A program made the position numbers and the translations under genes. A stretch of DNA of 64,000 nucleotides from Candidatus Bathyarchaeota archaeon (GTDB taxonomy: Archaea > Thermoproteota > Bathyarchaeia > Bathyarchaeales > Bathycorpusculaceae), in NCBI GenBank assembly GCA_963715865.1, contig OY970280.1:1504001-1568000 (forward strand), given 5' to 3'. Positions 37,824 to 47,071 of the stretch are shown here, one piece after another. Under the pieces are notes generated by a model. The model did not search any database. It saw only the letters and a list, made by a program, of their open reading frames with translations, and had not been told where the DNA came from. Positions within the stretch are counted from its first letter, which is position 1, and the number at the start of each line of letters is the position of its first letter.

Positions 37824-38822
37824 TCACATCCCAACTAGTCTTTTCAATCTGTCCTTAACTGACTCCAAACTTGACGACATTGTTCTGTCGATTTTTGAAG
37901 CTCGCAACGTTAAGCCTTCCAAGTCCTTGATTTGGTCTTCAACGACAAGTTGGAAGTAGCTTACTTTCCCTCTCACCCTCAGGAACATGACTACGAATAC
38001 AACTGCTACAACGGCTAAGACACCGATTATCGGGATGAAGAGCGATTGCATTGTTGAAGACGCAGGCTCGTTGGAAACGTTGAGACCATTAAGCATAGCT
38101 ATAGCATCGGTGACATCCCCAGCGTTAGCTACAACCTTTGATTGGTTGAGAACATTAGTGTAGATGTCAATGTATCCTTGGACAACTCCCGATGACTCAA
38201 GGGATTTCAGGTGGGTCTCCTTCTGGCTATAAAGTGTCAGGAACTGACTCATCGCCGCAGTGGTTGATGACACGGTAATTTGGTCAAGAGGCACCCCGCC
38301 CGATGGACCATACAAGGTCACGACATTAACTGGCGCCTGTGCTTCTGTAGCAGAGGGAGTTGGAACTACGCCAATGACAGTCATAGTAAAGGTTCCTTGA
38401 ACCCAATTGAAGGATGCTGTTTTTGCGCCTGCTGAGAAATCTGAGCCTAGCGTATAATTGCTTGAAGTGTCTAGTGACCAGTATTGACCTTGAAGCAGTT
38501 GTCCCAAGCTGGTTGAAAGCTTAAGGTCGCCAGAGCCAGCAGCGATAACGTTGACTGTGAATGTCACCTTAATGTCTGCTCCAGGCAGTATCGTCGCTAA
38601 TGTTTGATTCACGCCTGTGGCTGAATTGTATTCAGCATAATGCTGGTTGGAATTATAATCGTAAATATCGTAGCTTGTAATCCATTGGCCTTCGCCAACG
38701 GCTTTAACAGATGATGTTAAAACGGAAGTTACACAGACAATTGTTAACATTAGAAGGAGACTTAAAGCTAGAATTTTCTTGTTCAATTTTGTTCCCTCAT
38801 AATTTTTTATTGCATGATACAT
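37824..38822 (-). CDS. Secreted, single-pass membrane-anchored protein with short cytoplasmic helical tail
   Basis: N-terminal signal peptide, beta-rich S/T extracellular domain, TM helix LFIPIIGVLAVVAVVFVVMFL, ~50-aa charged tail. Confidence 0.8.
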   Translation of the reverse strand: MYHAIKNYEGTKLNKKILALSLLLMLTIVCVTSVLTSSVKAVGEGQWITSYDIYDYNSNQHYAEYNSATGVNQTLATILPGADIKVTFTVNVIAAGSGDLKLSTSLGQLLQGQYWSLDTSSNYTLGSDFSAGAKTASFNWVQGTFTMTVIGVVPTPSATEAQAPVNVVTLYGPSGGVPLDQITVSSTTAAMSQFLTLYSQKETHLKSLESSGVVQGYIDIYTNVLNQSKVVANAGDVTDAIAMLNGLNVSNEPASSTMQSLFIPIIGVLAVVAVVFVVMFLRVRGKVSYFQLVVEDQIKDLEGLTLRASKIDRTMSSSLESVKDRLKRLVGM

Positions 38823-38984
38823 ATAACTCTTGCGCTAAACCGCTCGAAAAAAAATTTCTCTGAATTTTAGCCCTTACTTAGCTAAATTAATCATGCGCTA
38901 AGCCCACGAAGCCTAAAATTAGTCACTTCTATGACAAAGAATAAGAGATTTCACGTATAACACTTGCAACACGAGTGGTTAAAG

Positions 38985-39914
38985 ATGGAGATCATAAACG
39001 TTCGCTTACCCGACAAAATTCTCTCAGACATAGACAAACTAGCCCAAAAACACAGTCTCAGCCGATCAGAGGTTATGCGTCAAGCGTTAACAGTCTATTT
39101 GCACCTTGTAGAGAACGTTGGCACAATGCTGCGTCCTATAGTTTTCCAAGTGAAGCCTGCCCAAATAACTTACACGCGAAGAGGCGATGTTTCAATCCTG
39201 AAAGTTCCCACAGGACACGCTATCGTGGTAGGGTCAACCTCGTCAGGAGCGGTTGGTCCAAAAATAATGGATAAAGTCAAAGTTGAGGGGCGAGTGCTGG
39301 GAAAGTTTCTGGCAAGGGTTGCCTTAATGGACGTGATAGCGACAGGCGCGTTTCCTCTTCTTTTATCCGTTACGTTAGGCGTGGAGAAGGAGCCTACAGG
39401 CAACGAGATACTAGAGGGCATTCGACGTGAAACCAGAAGCCTCGGTCTTGACCCAAACCAAGTGCTGATGGAAAATACGGAGGATAATTTTGAAACCGTG
39501 CAAACTGGCGCTGGGTTAACTGTAGTTGGTTTTGCAAACGAGGACGAGCTGAGACTTGGAAAAACAAGCCCTGGCGACTTAATAGTTGCCGTTGGCAAGC
39601 CTAAGGTTGGTGATGAAGTGATTTTGGCTGAAGCGAAGGGTGAAATTGCTGATCTCAAAAATGTAACTCAACTTTCCCAGAAAAAATATGTTCATGACAT
39701 TGCGCCTGTCGGCACGTTTGGCATTGCGGATGAGGCTAGAATGATGGCGTTTGGCGTTGGTAGGCAATTGAAACTTGTCGAGGTGCAGGGATTGGATTTG
39801 AACAAGTCTGCTGGTCCAGCCACGGTTGTTCTTGCCACTGTGGATAGAGAGAGACTTGAAGATTTAATGTCGTTAATTAGTAAACCTATCAATGTGGTAG
39901 GAGAAATATTATAG
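38985..39914 (+). CDS. RHH DNA-binding domain fused to an alpha-ribazole kinase (CblS)-like / AIR-synthase-fold domain
   Basis: INVRLPDKILSDIDKLAQKHSLSRSEVMRQAL (RHH), then SSGAVGPK..D, ARVALMDV.ATGA.P, VEKEPTG, TEDNFETVQTG.GLTVVG. Confidence 0.72.
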   Translation: MEIINVRLPDKILSDIDKLAQKHSLSRSEVMRQALTVYLHLVENVGTMLRPIVFQVKPAQITYTRRGDVSILKVPTGHAIVVGSTSSGAVGPKIMDKVKVEGRVLGKFLARVALMDVIATGAFPLLLSVTLGVEKEPTGNEILEGIRRETRSLGLDPNQVLMENTEDNFETVQTGAGLTVVGFANEDELRLGKTSPGDLIVAVGKPKVGDEVILAEAKGEIADLKNVTQLSQKKYVHDIAPVGTFGIADEARMMAFGVGRQLKLVEVQGLDLNKSAGPATVVLATVDRERLEDLMSLISKPINVVGEIL

Positions 39915-39926
39915 AAGCAAAAGTTA

Positions 39927-40412
39927 TCACTGTTTTTGTGTGCTCTTGAGCAAGTGACCGTTTCGGTCGATTTCTCCCCTTCTAATCCGTGTTGTGGAGA
40001 TTGGAGTGCTGTTTTCTGCTGGAACCATGCTTATTGTAATAATTTTTAATGGTGGAAGCCCTGCTTCCGTGCGTATTTTGTTTATTTTGGCAGCTGTCGA
40101 TTCTGTTTCTTTACTAACAACCAAAGCGTCTAAGCCCTTGCCCGATATAGTTAAACCATAAGGGTCATTTAATGGAACGATTTCCGCTCTTTTGGCTAAG
40201 CCAGATTTTTCTAAGAAAGCTTCTAGTTCTTCAAGCCGCTCGGCGTAAGTTGCAGTTTTGTGTGGTTTACCCATTTTTGAGGCAAACTCGTCAGAGGACA
40301 AGCCGATTACAATTTTTTCGCCAATTTCAAAGGCTTTATCTATTAGGGCTTTGTGCCCTCTATGAAGCTCATCGAAGGTTCCGCCAACCGCTACTTTATT
40401 ATATTTTTTCAT
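39927..40412 (-). CDS. coaD: Archaeal phosphopantetheine adenylyltransferase
   Basis: VGGTFDELHRGH, LVVSKET, ISTTRIRRGEID. Confidence 0.9.
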   Translation of the reverse strand: MKKYNKVAVGGTFDELHRGHKALIDKAFEIGEKIVIGLSSDEFASKMGKPHKTATYAERLEELEAFLEKSGLAKRAEIVPLNDPYGLTISGKGLDALVVSKETESTAAKINKIRTEAGLPPLKIITISMVPAENSTPISTTRIRRGEIDRNGHLLKSTQKQ

Positions 40413-41346
40413 GCGTTACCAGCCTAGCGCCTTGAAAATCAACTTTGCTTACTATCACTTTTTCAGGGGGTAAAACTTGCTTAAAAGCTTCTGCTACTTG
40501 ATCGGCATTTTCTTGCGGCACTAAGGAGTGGACAGCTTGGCCAACCATGTTCTGTGCTGATCCAACAGCGCCAGCTTTCTCAGCTAGCTTTACTAACTGC
40601 CTTAAGCTTGGTGTCATGAAGCCTGTTTTTTCAGCGAACTCAAGACAACGGGCTAAAAAATTCTCAATAGATGGCTCATCCAAAATTGCCTCTAACGTTT
40701 TTCTACCATATCGGTTAACTTCAAGCCGTTTCTCAGCGGATGATAGTATTTGTTTGGTCGGTGTGGACCCGAAAACTCCTGCGACAATAACGTAGTCTGG
40801 ACTTAAGGGTAAACGGTCTATGACGCTTATTCCGGGTGCGCCAGGTTCAAGGGTTAAGACGCAGCCGCCGAGCATTAAGGGGCCAACTGTGCCTAAGCCC
40901 GTTTTGCATTGGACTTCGGCAACATGCGCTATTTTGCCGATTTGGTTGTAGGTTAATGGTAAATATAGTGCTTCTTTGAGTGCCAAAGCAGTGGTTAATG
41001 CTCCTCCAGCGCTTGTGCCGAAGCCTGCGCCGATGGGAACCTCAACTTTATGGTCAACAATAACAACGTAAGATTTATCCAGTTTACTTAGCAAAGCTTC
41101 TACGACGGTTCTGGTTGTTTCAGCTTCCGGCGCACGTTTGCCATTAATGAAAACGGTGATGCCTGAGCTTTTTGCTTCTTGAACAGTAACCTGTGTCAAA
41201 ACGCCTTTCTGAAGCCCAAAACCGCCCCCTCTAGCGCCAACACGCTCCAAGTCTATAATCGGTTTGCCGTCAATTGTATCGCAGATTTCAAAAAAACTAG
41301 AGATTCCAGCTGGCGCAAAGGCTTTAGCAGTCTTCGTCTGACTCAT
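40399..41346 (-). CDS. Pantoate kinase (GHMP family)
   Basis: AFAPAGISSFF, VPIGAGFGTSAGG, AHVAEV...TGLGTV, AQNMVG; overlaps coaD. Confidence 0.86.
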   Translation of the reverse strand: MSQTKTAKAFAPAGISSFFEICDTIDGKPIIDLERVGARGGGFGLQKGVLTQVTVQEAKSSGITVFINGKRAPEAETTRTVVEALLSKLDKSYVVIVDHKVEVPIGAGFGTSAGGALTTALALKEALYLPLTYNQIGKIAHVAEVQCKTGLGTVGPLMLGGCVLTLEPGAPGISVIDRLPLSPDYVIVAGVFGSTPTKQILSSAEKRLEVNRYGRKTLEAILDEPSIENFLARCLEFAEKTGFMTPSLRQLVKLAEKAGAVGSAQNMVGQAVHSLVPQENADQVAEAFKQVLPPEKVIVSKVDFQGARLVTHEKI

Positions 41347-42119
41347 TGTTTCGCCTTTTCCTCGATTTGCCGATACTGCCCAAGGAACGGGAATGCAGCG
41401 TAACAGGCTTTTATTACCGGAGGCGAGACAAGCAGTACAAATGGTATTTCAGTGGCAAAAGTCCAAACAAAGATAAGCGATACAAATGCTGATGATAGGG
41501 GCGCCGTGAAGTAACCTGTCGATGAAAAGAACAGTTGACTATACACCCAAACTCCAATTGCAACTATTATAGCGCCTACTCCTTGTCCAATTATGGCACC
41601 TACGCCAAAACTTCTGAATTCCTTCCAATATTTTGCGATAACTGCGAACAAGATTAGGCTTGTGACCATGATTACCCCAAAAAGGGTAACAACTGTTTCG
41701 GTTGACAGTTTAGTGAAACCCAAAGACTCTGTTGGAAGAAATATAGTTGGCAACAGAAGACCTGCCAGAATAACTGCGCCCCCCATGATTAAACTTAATA
41801 GAGTTCTCTTTTGATCAAGCTTAGTGTGCGAAAAATACCCTATTAAGAAAAACATTGCAAAATTTGATGTAACACCCGCGGTTAAACTTAGTAAAGGTTG
41901 TCCGATGACTATCACGTCCCTGATGAATATGCCAATCGCAGCTCCGATGCCTCCTTTCCAAGGTCCGAATAACACTGCGAAAATAGCTGGAACAAACGCT
42001 GCGGGCCAAAAGGCCACTCCGCCAAAACTTAAATTGAAACTAGTAAGATAACCCACAACTGCATACAAGGCGGCACATAAGGCGATAATCGCTACATCGA
42101 ATGCTTTGACTTTTCTCAT
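41343..42119 (-). CDS. ECF transporter S component
   Basis: IALCAALYAVVG...FWPAAFVPAIFAVLFGPWKGGIGAAIG S-component pattern; overlaps the pantoate kinase start. Confidence 0.8.
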   Translation of the reverse strand: MRKVKAFDVAIIALCAALYAVVGYLTSFNLSFGGVAFWPAAFVPAIFAVLFGPWKGGIGAAIGIFIRDVIVIGQPLLSLTAGVTSNFAMFFLIGYFSHTKLDQKRTLLSLIMGGAVILAGLLLPTIFLPTESLGFTKLSTETVVTLFGVIMVTSLILFAVIAKYWKEFRSFGVGAIIGQGVGAIIVAIGVWVYSQLFFSSTGYFTAPLSSAFVSLIFVWTFATEIPFVLLVSPPVIKACYAAFPFLGQYRQIEEKAKQ

Positions 42120-42338
42120 TTTAGTTTATGCTCCATTTTTAAGTGTATAGCACTGTTGAAACGGAGCTTTTGTAAATAAAACTTCCCTATGAACTCTTTA
42201 AACGTGTTTAAACTCGCATGTGATTTGAGTTGTTAAAGTGTGGTATAGTGCTCTCCGGGAGCTATCCCCTTCTTTTATAATAGATTAAATCACAGGAAAT
42301 TTCAGAAATAAATTAAAGTAAAGGCAGCGTTAAATTGG

Positions 42339-42683
42339 TTATTTTTTGTGCCTTTTGATTCTTTCTTGCCTTTGGGTTTTCTTGCGCCAATCTTTCTTTC
42401 TCTGGGTTGTTAAGGAAAACCTTTCTTGCCTGGGCATGGACAGTTTCCTGTGATGCGAAATGTTGAGGTAAAATGTTTCGTAATCTATTTTGTTTGATTT
42501 TAAATCCTCAAGGTTCTGGTTCAGCTCCTTTTTCGCTTCAGCCTCGGTTACTTTGTCAAATGTTTCTGAGTAAACAAGGTAAGCAGCATGGAACTGGAAG
42601 TGGTTGAGGTCGTCGATTAAAAGTTTCTCTATTTGGGGTACTGATGGGCTATTGTTGTTTTGTTCGTTTGGTTGTTGAGTCAT
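42339..42683 (-). CDS. Hypothetical protein with basic C-terminus
   Basis: 114-aa ORF with clear ATG and stop. Confidence 0.65.
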   Translation of the reverse strand: MTQQPNEQNNNSPSVPQIEKLLIDDLNHFQFHAAYLVYSETFDKVTEAEAKKELNQNLEDLKSNKIDYETFYLNISHHRKLSMPRQERFSLTTQRKKDWRKKTQRQERIKRHKK

Positions 42684-42798
42684 GTTATTCAGCTTTTGAT
42701 GTGAAGCAATGTTGTTTTTCCCTCTTTTATAGGTGTGCCCTCTAAAAACAGTTTTGAAATTAACTATACATCCATATACAGGGCTTTTTGTGCTTTTG

Positions 42799-43212
42799 TT
42801 AAAGGTGCTTCCTTATTTTTTCAGCATCTTTCTCTAACAAGTCAAGAGCTCGGAAACCGTTTTCATGGCGAAACTGACTGTAAGGTTTCATTGGAATAAC
42901 ATGCACATGCAAGTGAAAAACCACCTGCCCAGCAGCTTCCCCGTTATTCTGCACAATCCTGATGCCTTCAACGCCTATTGCATCGTTAACCGCATGCGCT
43001 ACCCTCTTGACAATCCGAAACAGGTAAGCTGCTTCTTCCTCTGGAATCTCATAAATGTTAACGTAATGCTTTTTGGGCGCCACAAGCGTATGCCCCACGT
43101 TCACTGGGCGATTACTCAAAAAAGCAACCGCTTGCTCATCCTCGTAAACGATGCTTGCAGGCGCTTCCTTACGGATTATCTGGCAGAATACGCATTCGGA
43201 CATCAGAGTCAT
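42799..43212 (-). CDS. HIT family nucleotide-binding protein
   Basis: CVFCQI, GHTLVAPKKH, AGQVVFHLHVHVIP histidine triad. Confidence 0.93.
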   Translation of the reverse strand: MTLMSECVFCQIIRKEAPASIVYEDEQAVAFLSNRPVNVGHTLVAPKKHYVNIYEIPEEEAAYLFRIVKRVAHAVNDAIGVEGIRIVQNNGEAAGQVVFHLHVHVIPMKPYSQFRHENGFRALDLLEKDAEKIRKHL

Positions 43213-43274
43213 ACCTTTCAGCGGTTTAAAGGTAGGTATAGCTTTAATAGAATTTCTATAGTCAATAGTGCTTT

Positions 43275-44312
43275 ATGGATACTTTAGTTGATGATATAGG
43301 CAGTTTTCCGTTGCCGTCTGGGGTTGGAAGAGAAAGCTTTAGCAGGGCGTATCAGCTTGCAAGAGAAACAATATTCCAGGGCAAGGATATAACGAAGGAT
43401 GACTTCCTACAAAGCAATTTCTGCAATATAGTGCTTGATGCTTTTAAGAAAAAAATCGCTTCCGGTTTGGATGTGGTTAATTTTCCCCAGCAGTACGATG
43501 GCATAAAACAGGTTGGTGACGTGTTGCATGTGGCGATGGAGAAAGGCTCATTCCTCGTGGAAGAGAAAAACGCTGTTCTACCAGAAGTATATCTAATCAA
43601 TCAACAAGCCAAAGCTCTCAGCGAGGAATTTGGCAAAAAAATCCAGTTACGAGTGTCAATTTTTGGTCCTCTCGAGCAGTATTTGCATGAGGTTGGAAAA
43701 ACCCCCTATCAAGACGTGTTGGACGCGTTGGCTGAGACAATTAGGCGTTTCGCAAAAAACTCAATCTTAAACAACAAATACATCGAAACCAAGGTAGTTT
43801 CGATTGACGAGCCAAGCTTCGGCTTCAACAACATCCAAGCCACACCTGACGTGATTTGCGAAGTGCTGGAGAAAGCCTTTGATTTCCAAGGCGCCGTAAG
43901 GCAGATTCACTTGCATTCAGCTTCGGGAGTTCACGATTTACTCTGTATAAAAAACCTTGATGTGTTATCGTTTGAGTATGCGGCTTCGCCAAGCAACATT
44001 GAAGCAGTTCCTAAAAGCATTCTTGAAAAAGCGGATAAGCAAATCAGGGCAGGTGTTTCCAGAACAGACATTGACAGTATTTTGGCTGAACTCTACGAGA
44101 AAGGCGTCGCCAAGCCATCAGCGGAGCAATTGGTTGAATCAGAAGACACAATAAGGAAAAGATACAAAGTTGCCAAAGAAAAATACGGCGATAGGATGAC
44201 GTTTACGGGTCCTGATTGCGGTTTAGGCGGCTGGCCTAGCCAAGAAGCGGCTCAACTTTTGCTGGAGCACACGGTGAAAGCAGTAAAAGCAGCTCCGACC
44301 AAGCTAACATAA
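43275..44312 (+). CDS. Core (single-barrel) MetE-like methionine synthase
   Basis: DDIGSFP start, SIDEPSF, IHLH, FEYA, GPDCGL; only the catalytic-domain length (345 aa). Confidence 0.7.
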   Translation: MDTLVDDIGSFPLPSGVGRESFSRAYQLARETIFQGKDITKDDFLQSNFCNIVLDAFKKKIASGLDVVNFPQQYDGIKQVGDVLHVAMEKGSFLVEEKNAVLPEVYLINQQAKALSEEFGKKIQLRVSIFGPLEQYLHEVGKTPYQDVLDALAETIRRFAKNSILNNKYIETKVVSIDEPSFGFNNIQATPDVICEVLEKAFDFQGAVRQIHLHSASGVHDLLCIKNLDVLSFEYAASPSNIEAVPKSILEKADKQIRAGVSRTDIDSILAELYEKGVAKPSAEQLVESEDTIRKRYKVAKEKYGDRMTFTGPDCGLGGWPSQEAAQLLLEHTVKAVKAAPTKLT

Positions 44313-44436
44313 CTGCCTTTCTTGTTTTTGCTCCCCGATTCAAGCCAAAAGCTCATCTTTTTCAGTTACAAATTCAATAAGTTTAAACGCTTTTGGGTCT
44401 GCCGACAAAAAAGGAAAAGAAAGAAAAAAAGGTTGC

Positions 44437-45300
44437 TTACTCTGGTTGTTCGGGTTGTTGTGGCAGTTCTTGGTTTGCCATTGGTTTCTTCTTTGCTGCC
44501 ATGGCTTGTTGTGCCGTAGTTAGGTCTTTGAAGCCGTAGGTTCCAACTGGAGGCCAGCCTGCTTCTGGCATGACTGCCGGGATCAGCATTATGGTGTTTG
44601 TTTGTGATTGCTGACCTAACTCGTAGAGTATGTTCATCCACCTAAGTCTTAGGCCTTCTGGGCTTGCCTCGTACGCTTTTGCTGCTTCGATCATTTTTTG
44701 TGACGCTTCAAATTCTGCCGTGGCCAGGGTCACTCTTGCCATTCTTTCTCTTTCAGCCTGCGCCTGTCTGGACATGGCGTCCTGCAGGTTGCCGGGTATT
44801 ATGACATCTCTCACTTCGACTGCAGTGGCTTTTATTCCCCAAGCCTCAGTTTTTTCGTCAATGATCTCGCGCAGGTGGGCCCCAATTTTTTCCCGTTCCG
44901 CGAGTAACTCGTTAAGTGTAACCTTGCCTATTACTTCCCTGAGGGTAGTTTGTGAAGCTAGCTGTGTGGCTTGAAAATAGTTCTCAACGGCCAGAACAGC
45001 TTTCTCCAAATCCACGGGCTTCATGTATAACACTGAATCAACGTTTACTGGAACGTTGTCCTTGGTTAAGGTTGATTCTGTGCGGAATTGTATAGTGTCT
45101 ATCCTCGTGGAGATTTTCATAGGTGCCCTGTCAATTATCGGAATAAGATAGATGATTCCTGGACCTTTCAAGCCTACATATCGTCCAAGCCTTAAAACTG
45201 GCATCCTTTCCCATTCTCTTAGCACGCGGATGCCGCTTAACAGGAAAATTGCAACTACAAAAGCTATGAAACCGATGATAGGAGTTAGAACGTCAGCCAA
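44437..45300 (-). CDS. SPFH/stomatin-like (slipin) membrane protein
   Basis: LRLGRY..LKGPG, TKDNVPV.VD, QAQAERER. TAA at 44437-44439 and TTG at 45300 are on the minus strand, so the track's + label is wrong. Confidence 0.92.
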   Translation of the reverse strand: MADVLTPIIGFIAFVVAIFLLSGIRVLREWERMPVLRLGRYVGLKGPGIIYLIPIIDRAPMKISTRIDTIQFRTESTLTKDNVPVNVDSVLYMKPVDLEKAVLAVENYFQATQLASQTTLREVIGKVTLNELLAEREKIGAHLREIIDEKTEAWGIKATAVEVRDVIIPGNLQDAMSRQAQAERERMARVTLATAEFEASQKMIEAAKAYEASPEGLRLRWMNILYELGQQSQTNTIMLIPAVMPEAGWPPVGTYGFKDLTTAQQAMAAKKKPMANQELPQQPEQPE

Positions 45301-45340
45301 CCTTTCACACCCTCAATAAGCTACTCTGCATTCCGGAGAG

Positions 45341-45745
45341 TTAAGCTTTTTGCTCGGCTGGTTTTACTACAAGGAACATGCCTTCCATGCCCACGACTTC
45401 CACCACTTGACCGACGGCTATTGTTGTGTCTTTGGCGGTGGCTTGCCAGAACTCGCCCATAACGCGGACTTCACCTTTAGGTTTAAGATCAGTTGCTGCT
45501 ATGCCTTTGGCGCCGATTAAGGCTTCTTTGCCTGTTTTTATCCGCCTATACTGAGCCTTGACTCCTACATAGAATATCCACCCTACAATCAACGCAATGA
45601 CAAAGAGGGTTACTGCAAGGGTCACTTCAACTTGAATAGCTATCCCATAGTACGTTGTTCCTGAAAGGGCTGCAAAAAAGAGGAATGCCCCAATTGCTAC
45701 TAAAACTCCAATAAGGAAGGCTAGCCAAGCATGCATGCGAACCAC
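45341..45745 (-). CDS. Short NfeD-family protein (OB-fold partner of stomatin)
   Basis: TGKEALIGAKG, LKPKGEVRVMGEFWQA; directly upstream of the SPFH gene. Confidence 0.88.
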   Translation of the reverse strand: MVRMHAWLAFLIGVLVAIGAFLFFAALSGTTYYGIAIQVEVTLAVTLFVIALIVGWIFYVGVKAQYRRIKTGKEALIGAKGIAATDLKPKGEVRVMGEFWQATAKDTTIAVGQVVEVVGMEGMFLVVKPAEQKA

Positions 45746-46064
45746 TTTGACTATTGGATAGTCAGAATCTGCTTATAAGGTGATTTACAGTCAGCAACTA
45801 GCTAAGCCTTTTCAAAAGACTTGCACTCTGAAAACAAATTTCATGCTCAGAGCATTTGCTCAGACCCAACTATGTATGTTGGTTAGGACGTTATAGAAAA
45901 AAATAAAAAAAATTGCTCCTTTGCCTAATCGAAAACAGAGGGAAAAGGAGCCATTGAAGCAACAGCGCTTGCACTGTTTATTTGTGGCATCGGGTAAGGT
46001 GAACGCCGAAGTGGCGGTGGACGCAGTGGTTCTGGCGGTTCAAGCTCTAGTGGAGAACGATTTA

Positions 46065-47009
46065 TCATTCTTCTTCGCCTCCGTGGACGGTTGGGATAAT
46101 GGTTAATTCGATTAGGTTTTCTCGTCGGATTATGGTTAGCTTGGTTTCTTTACCTATCACGTCTTCACTGAGTAGTCTTGGTAGGTCGTAGAAGTCGGTT
46201 ACGGGTTTGCCGTTGAATTTTACTAGTACGTCGCCCATGGCTAAGCCTGCTTTGCGTGATGGTGAGCCTGGTTCAACGGAAAAGATCATTACTCCGCTTT
46301 CTTGTTCTAAGCCTGCTTGCTCAGCGATTTCCTGTGGGATGGCAACGGTGTTAGCGATTATGCCAAGGTAACCTTTTTGGGCTACTCTTCCAGTCATTAG
46401 CCTATCAGCGACTGCTTTTACCTTGTTTATGGGTATAGCGATGCCTCTTTGCCAAACATAAGCCGTGTTTATGCCGATGATTCTGCCTTCCACGTCCACA
46501 AGTGGTCCGCCGCTGAAGCCTGGATTAAGTTGTGCGTCGGTGGCGATTATGTTTTCCATTTGTGTTCCACGCCAGCCTCTAAGCGTGCTGTTTACGCTTG
46601 TCACGATGCCTGTTGTAGCAGTTGGCTGCTGCCGATTGAATGGGTTAGCAATAGCCAAAACGTATTGGCCTACGCTTAGTTTTTCTGAATCGCCCATTTC
46701 TATGGGTGTAAATTCCCCTATCTCCGCCTTTAACAAAGCAAGGTCATTGTATGGGTCTGTTCCAACGATTTTTGCGTTGAATGTTTTTTCTCCTTGACCT
46801 ATTTTGACTGTGTTGCATCCTGCGAGAACATGGTTGCAGGTGATGATGTAGCCGTCTTTGGTTAAGATGACGCCTGTGCCGCGTGACATTTGCGCTTTTA
46901 CGCTAACAATTGACTCTGAGATTTTCTTGATTAGAATGCTTGTTGCTTCCGAGAGTGATTTCAAAACTTCTAACGGATTAGCTAGTTGACTCATTTTGTT
47001 TTTCACCAA
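46065..47009 (-). CDS. HtrA/DegP-like serine protease with PDZ domain
   Basis: GTGVI, TCNHV, DLALL, NPGFSGGPL catalytic triad motifs; C-terminal PDZ. Confidence 0.92.
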   Translation of the reverse strand: MVKNKMSQLANPLEVLKSLSEATSILIKKISESIVSVKAQMSRGTGVILTKDGYIITCNHVLAGCNTVKIGQGEKTFNAKIVGTDPYNDLALLKAEIGEFTPIEMGDSEKLSVGQYVLAIANPFNRQQPTATTGIVTSVNSTLRGWRGTQMENIIATDAQLNPGFSGGPLVDVEGRIIGINTAYVWQRGIAIPINKVKAVADRLMTGRVAQKGYLGIIANTVAIPQEIAEQAGLEQESGVMIFSVEPGSPSRKAGLAMGDVLVKFNGKPVTDFYDLPRLLSEDVIGKETKLTIIRRENLIELTIIPTVHGGEEE

Positions 47010-47071
47010 TAAGGTACTATAGCAAAAGGGTATTTGTTGACTAAGGAACAGCTGGAGTTAGTCACATAAAT

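Noticed and set aside
37824-37826. Selenocysteine decoding of the in-frame TGA before the tubulin-like gene
   Set aside because: No SECIS-like element was recognised and the context is not redox-related; kept only as one generic readthrough option in the findings.
42120-42300. Riboswitch upstream of the ECF S component
   Set aside because: Only a small GCTC/GAGC hairpin is present; I found no match to preQ1, FMN, SAM, cobalamin or fluoride consensus.
44437-45300. ORF-track label placing the SPFH gene on the + strand
   Set aside because: The + strand reads TTA at 44437 and CAA at 45298-45300; the protein is encoded on the minus strand.
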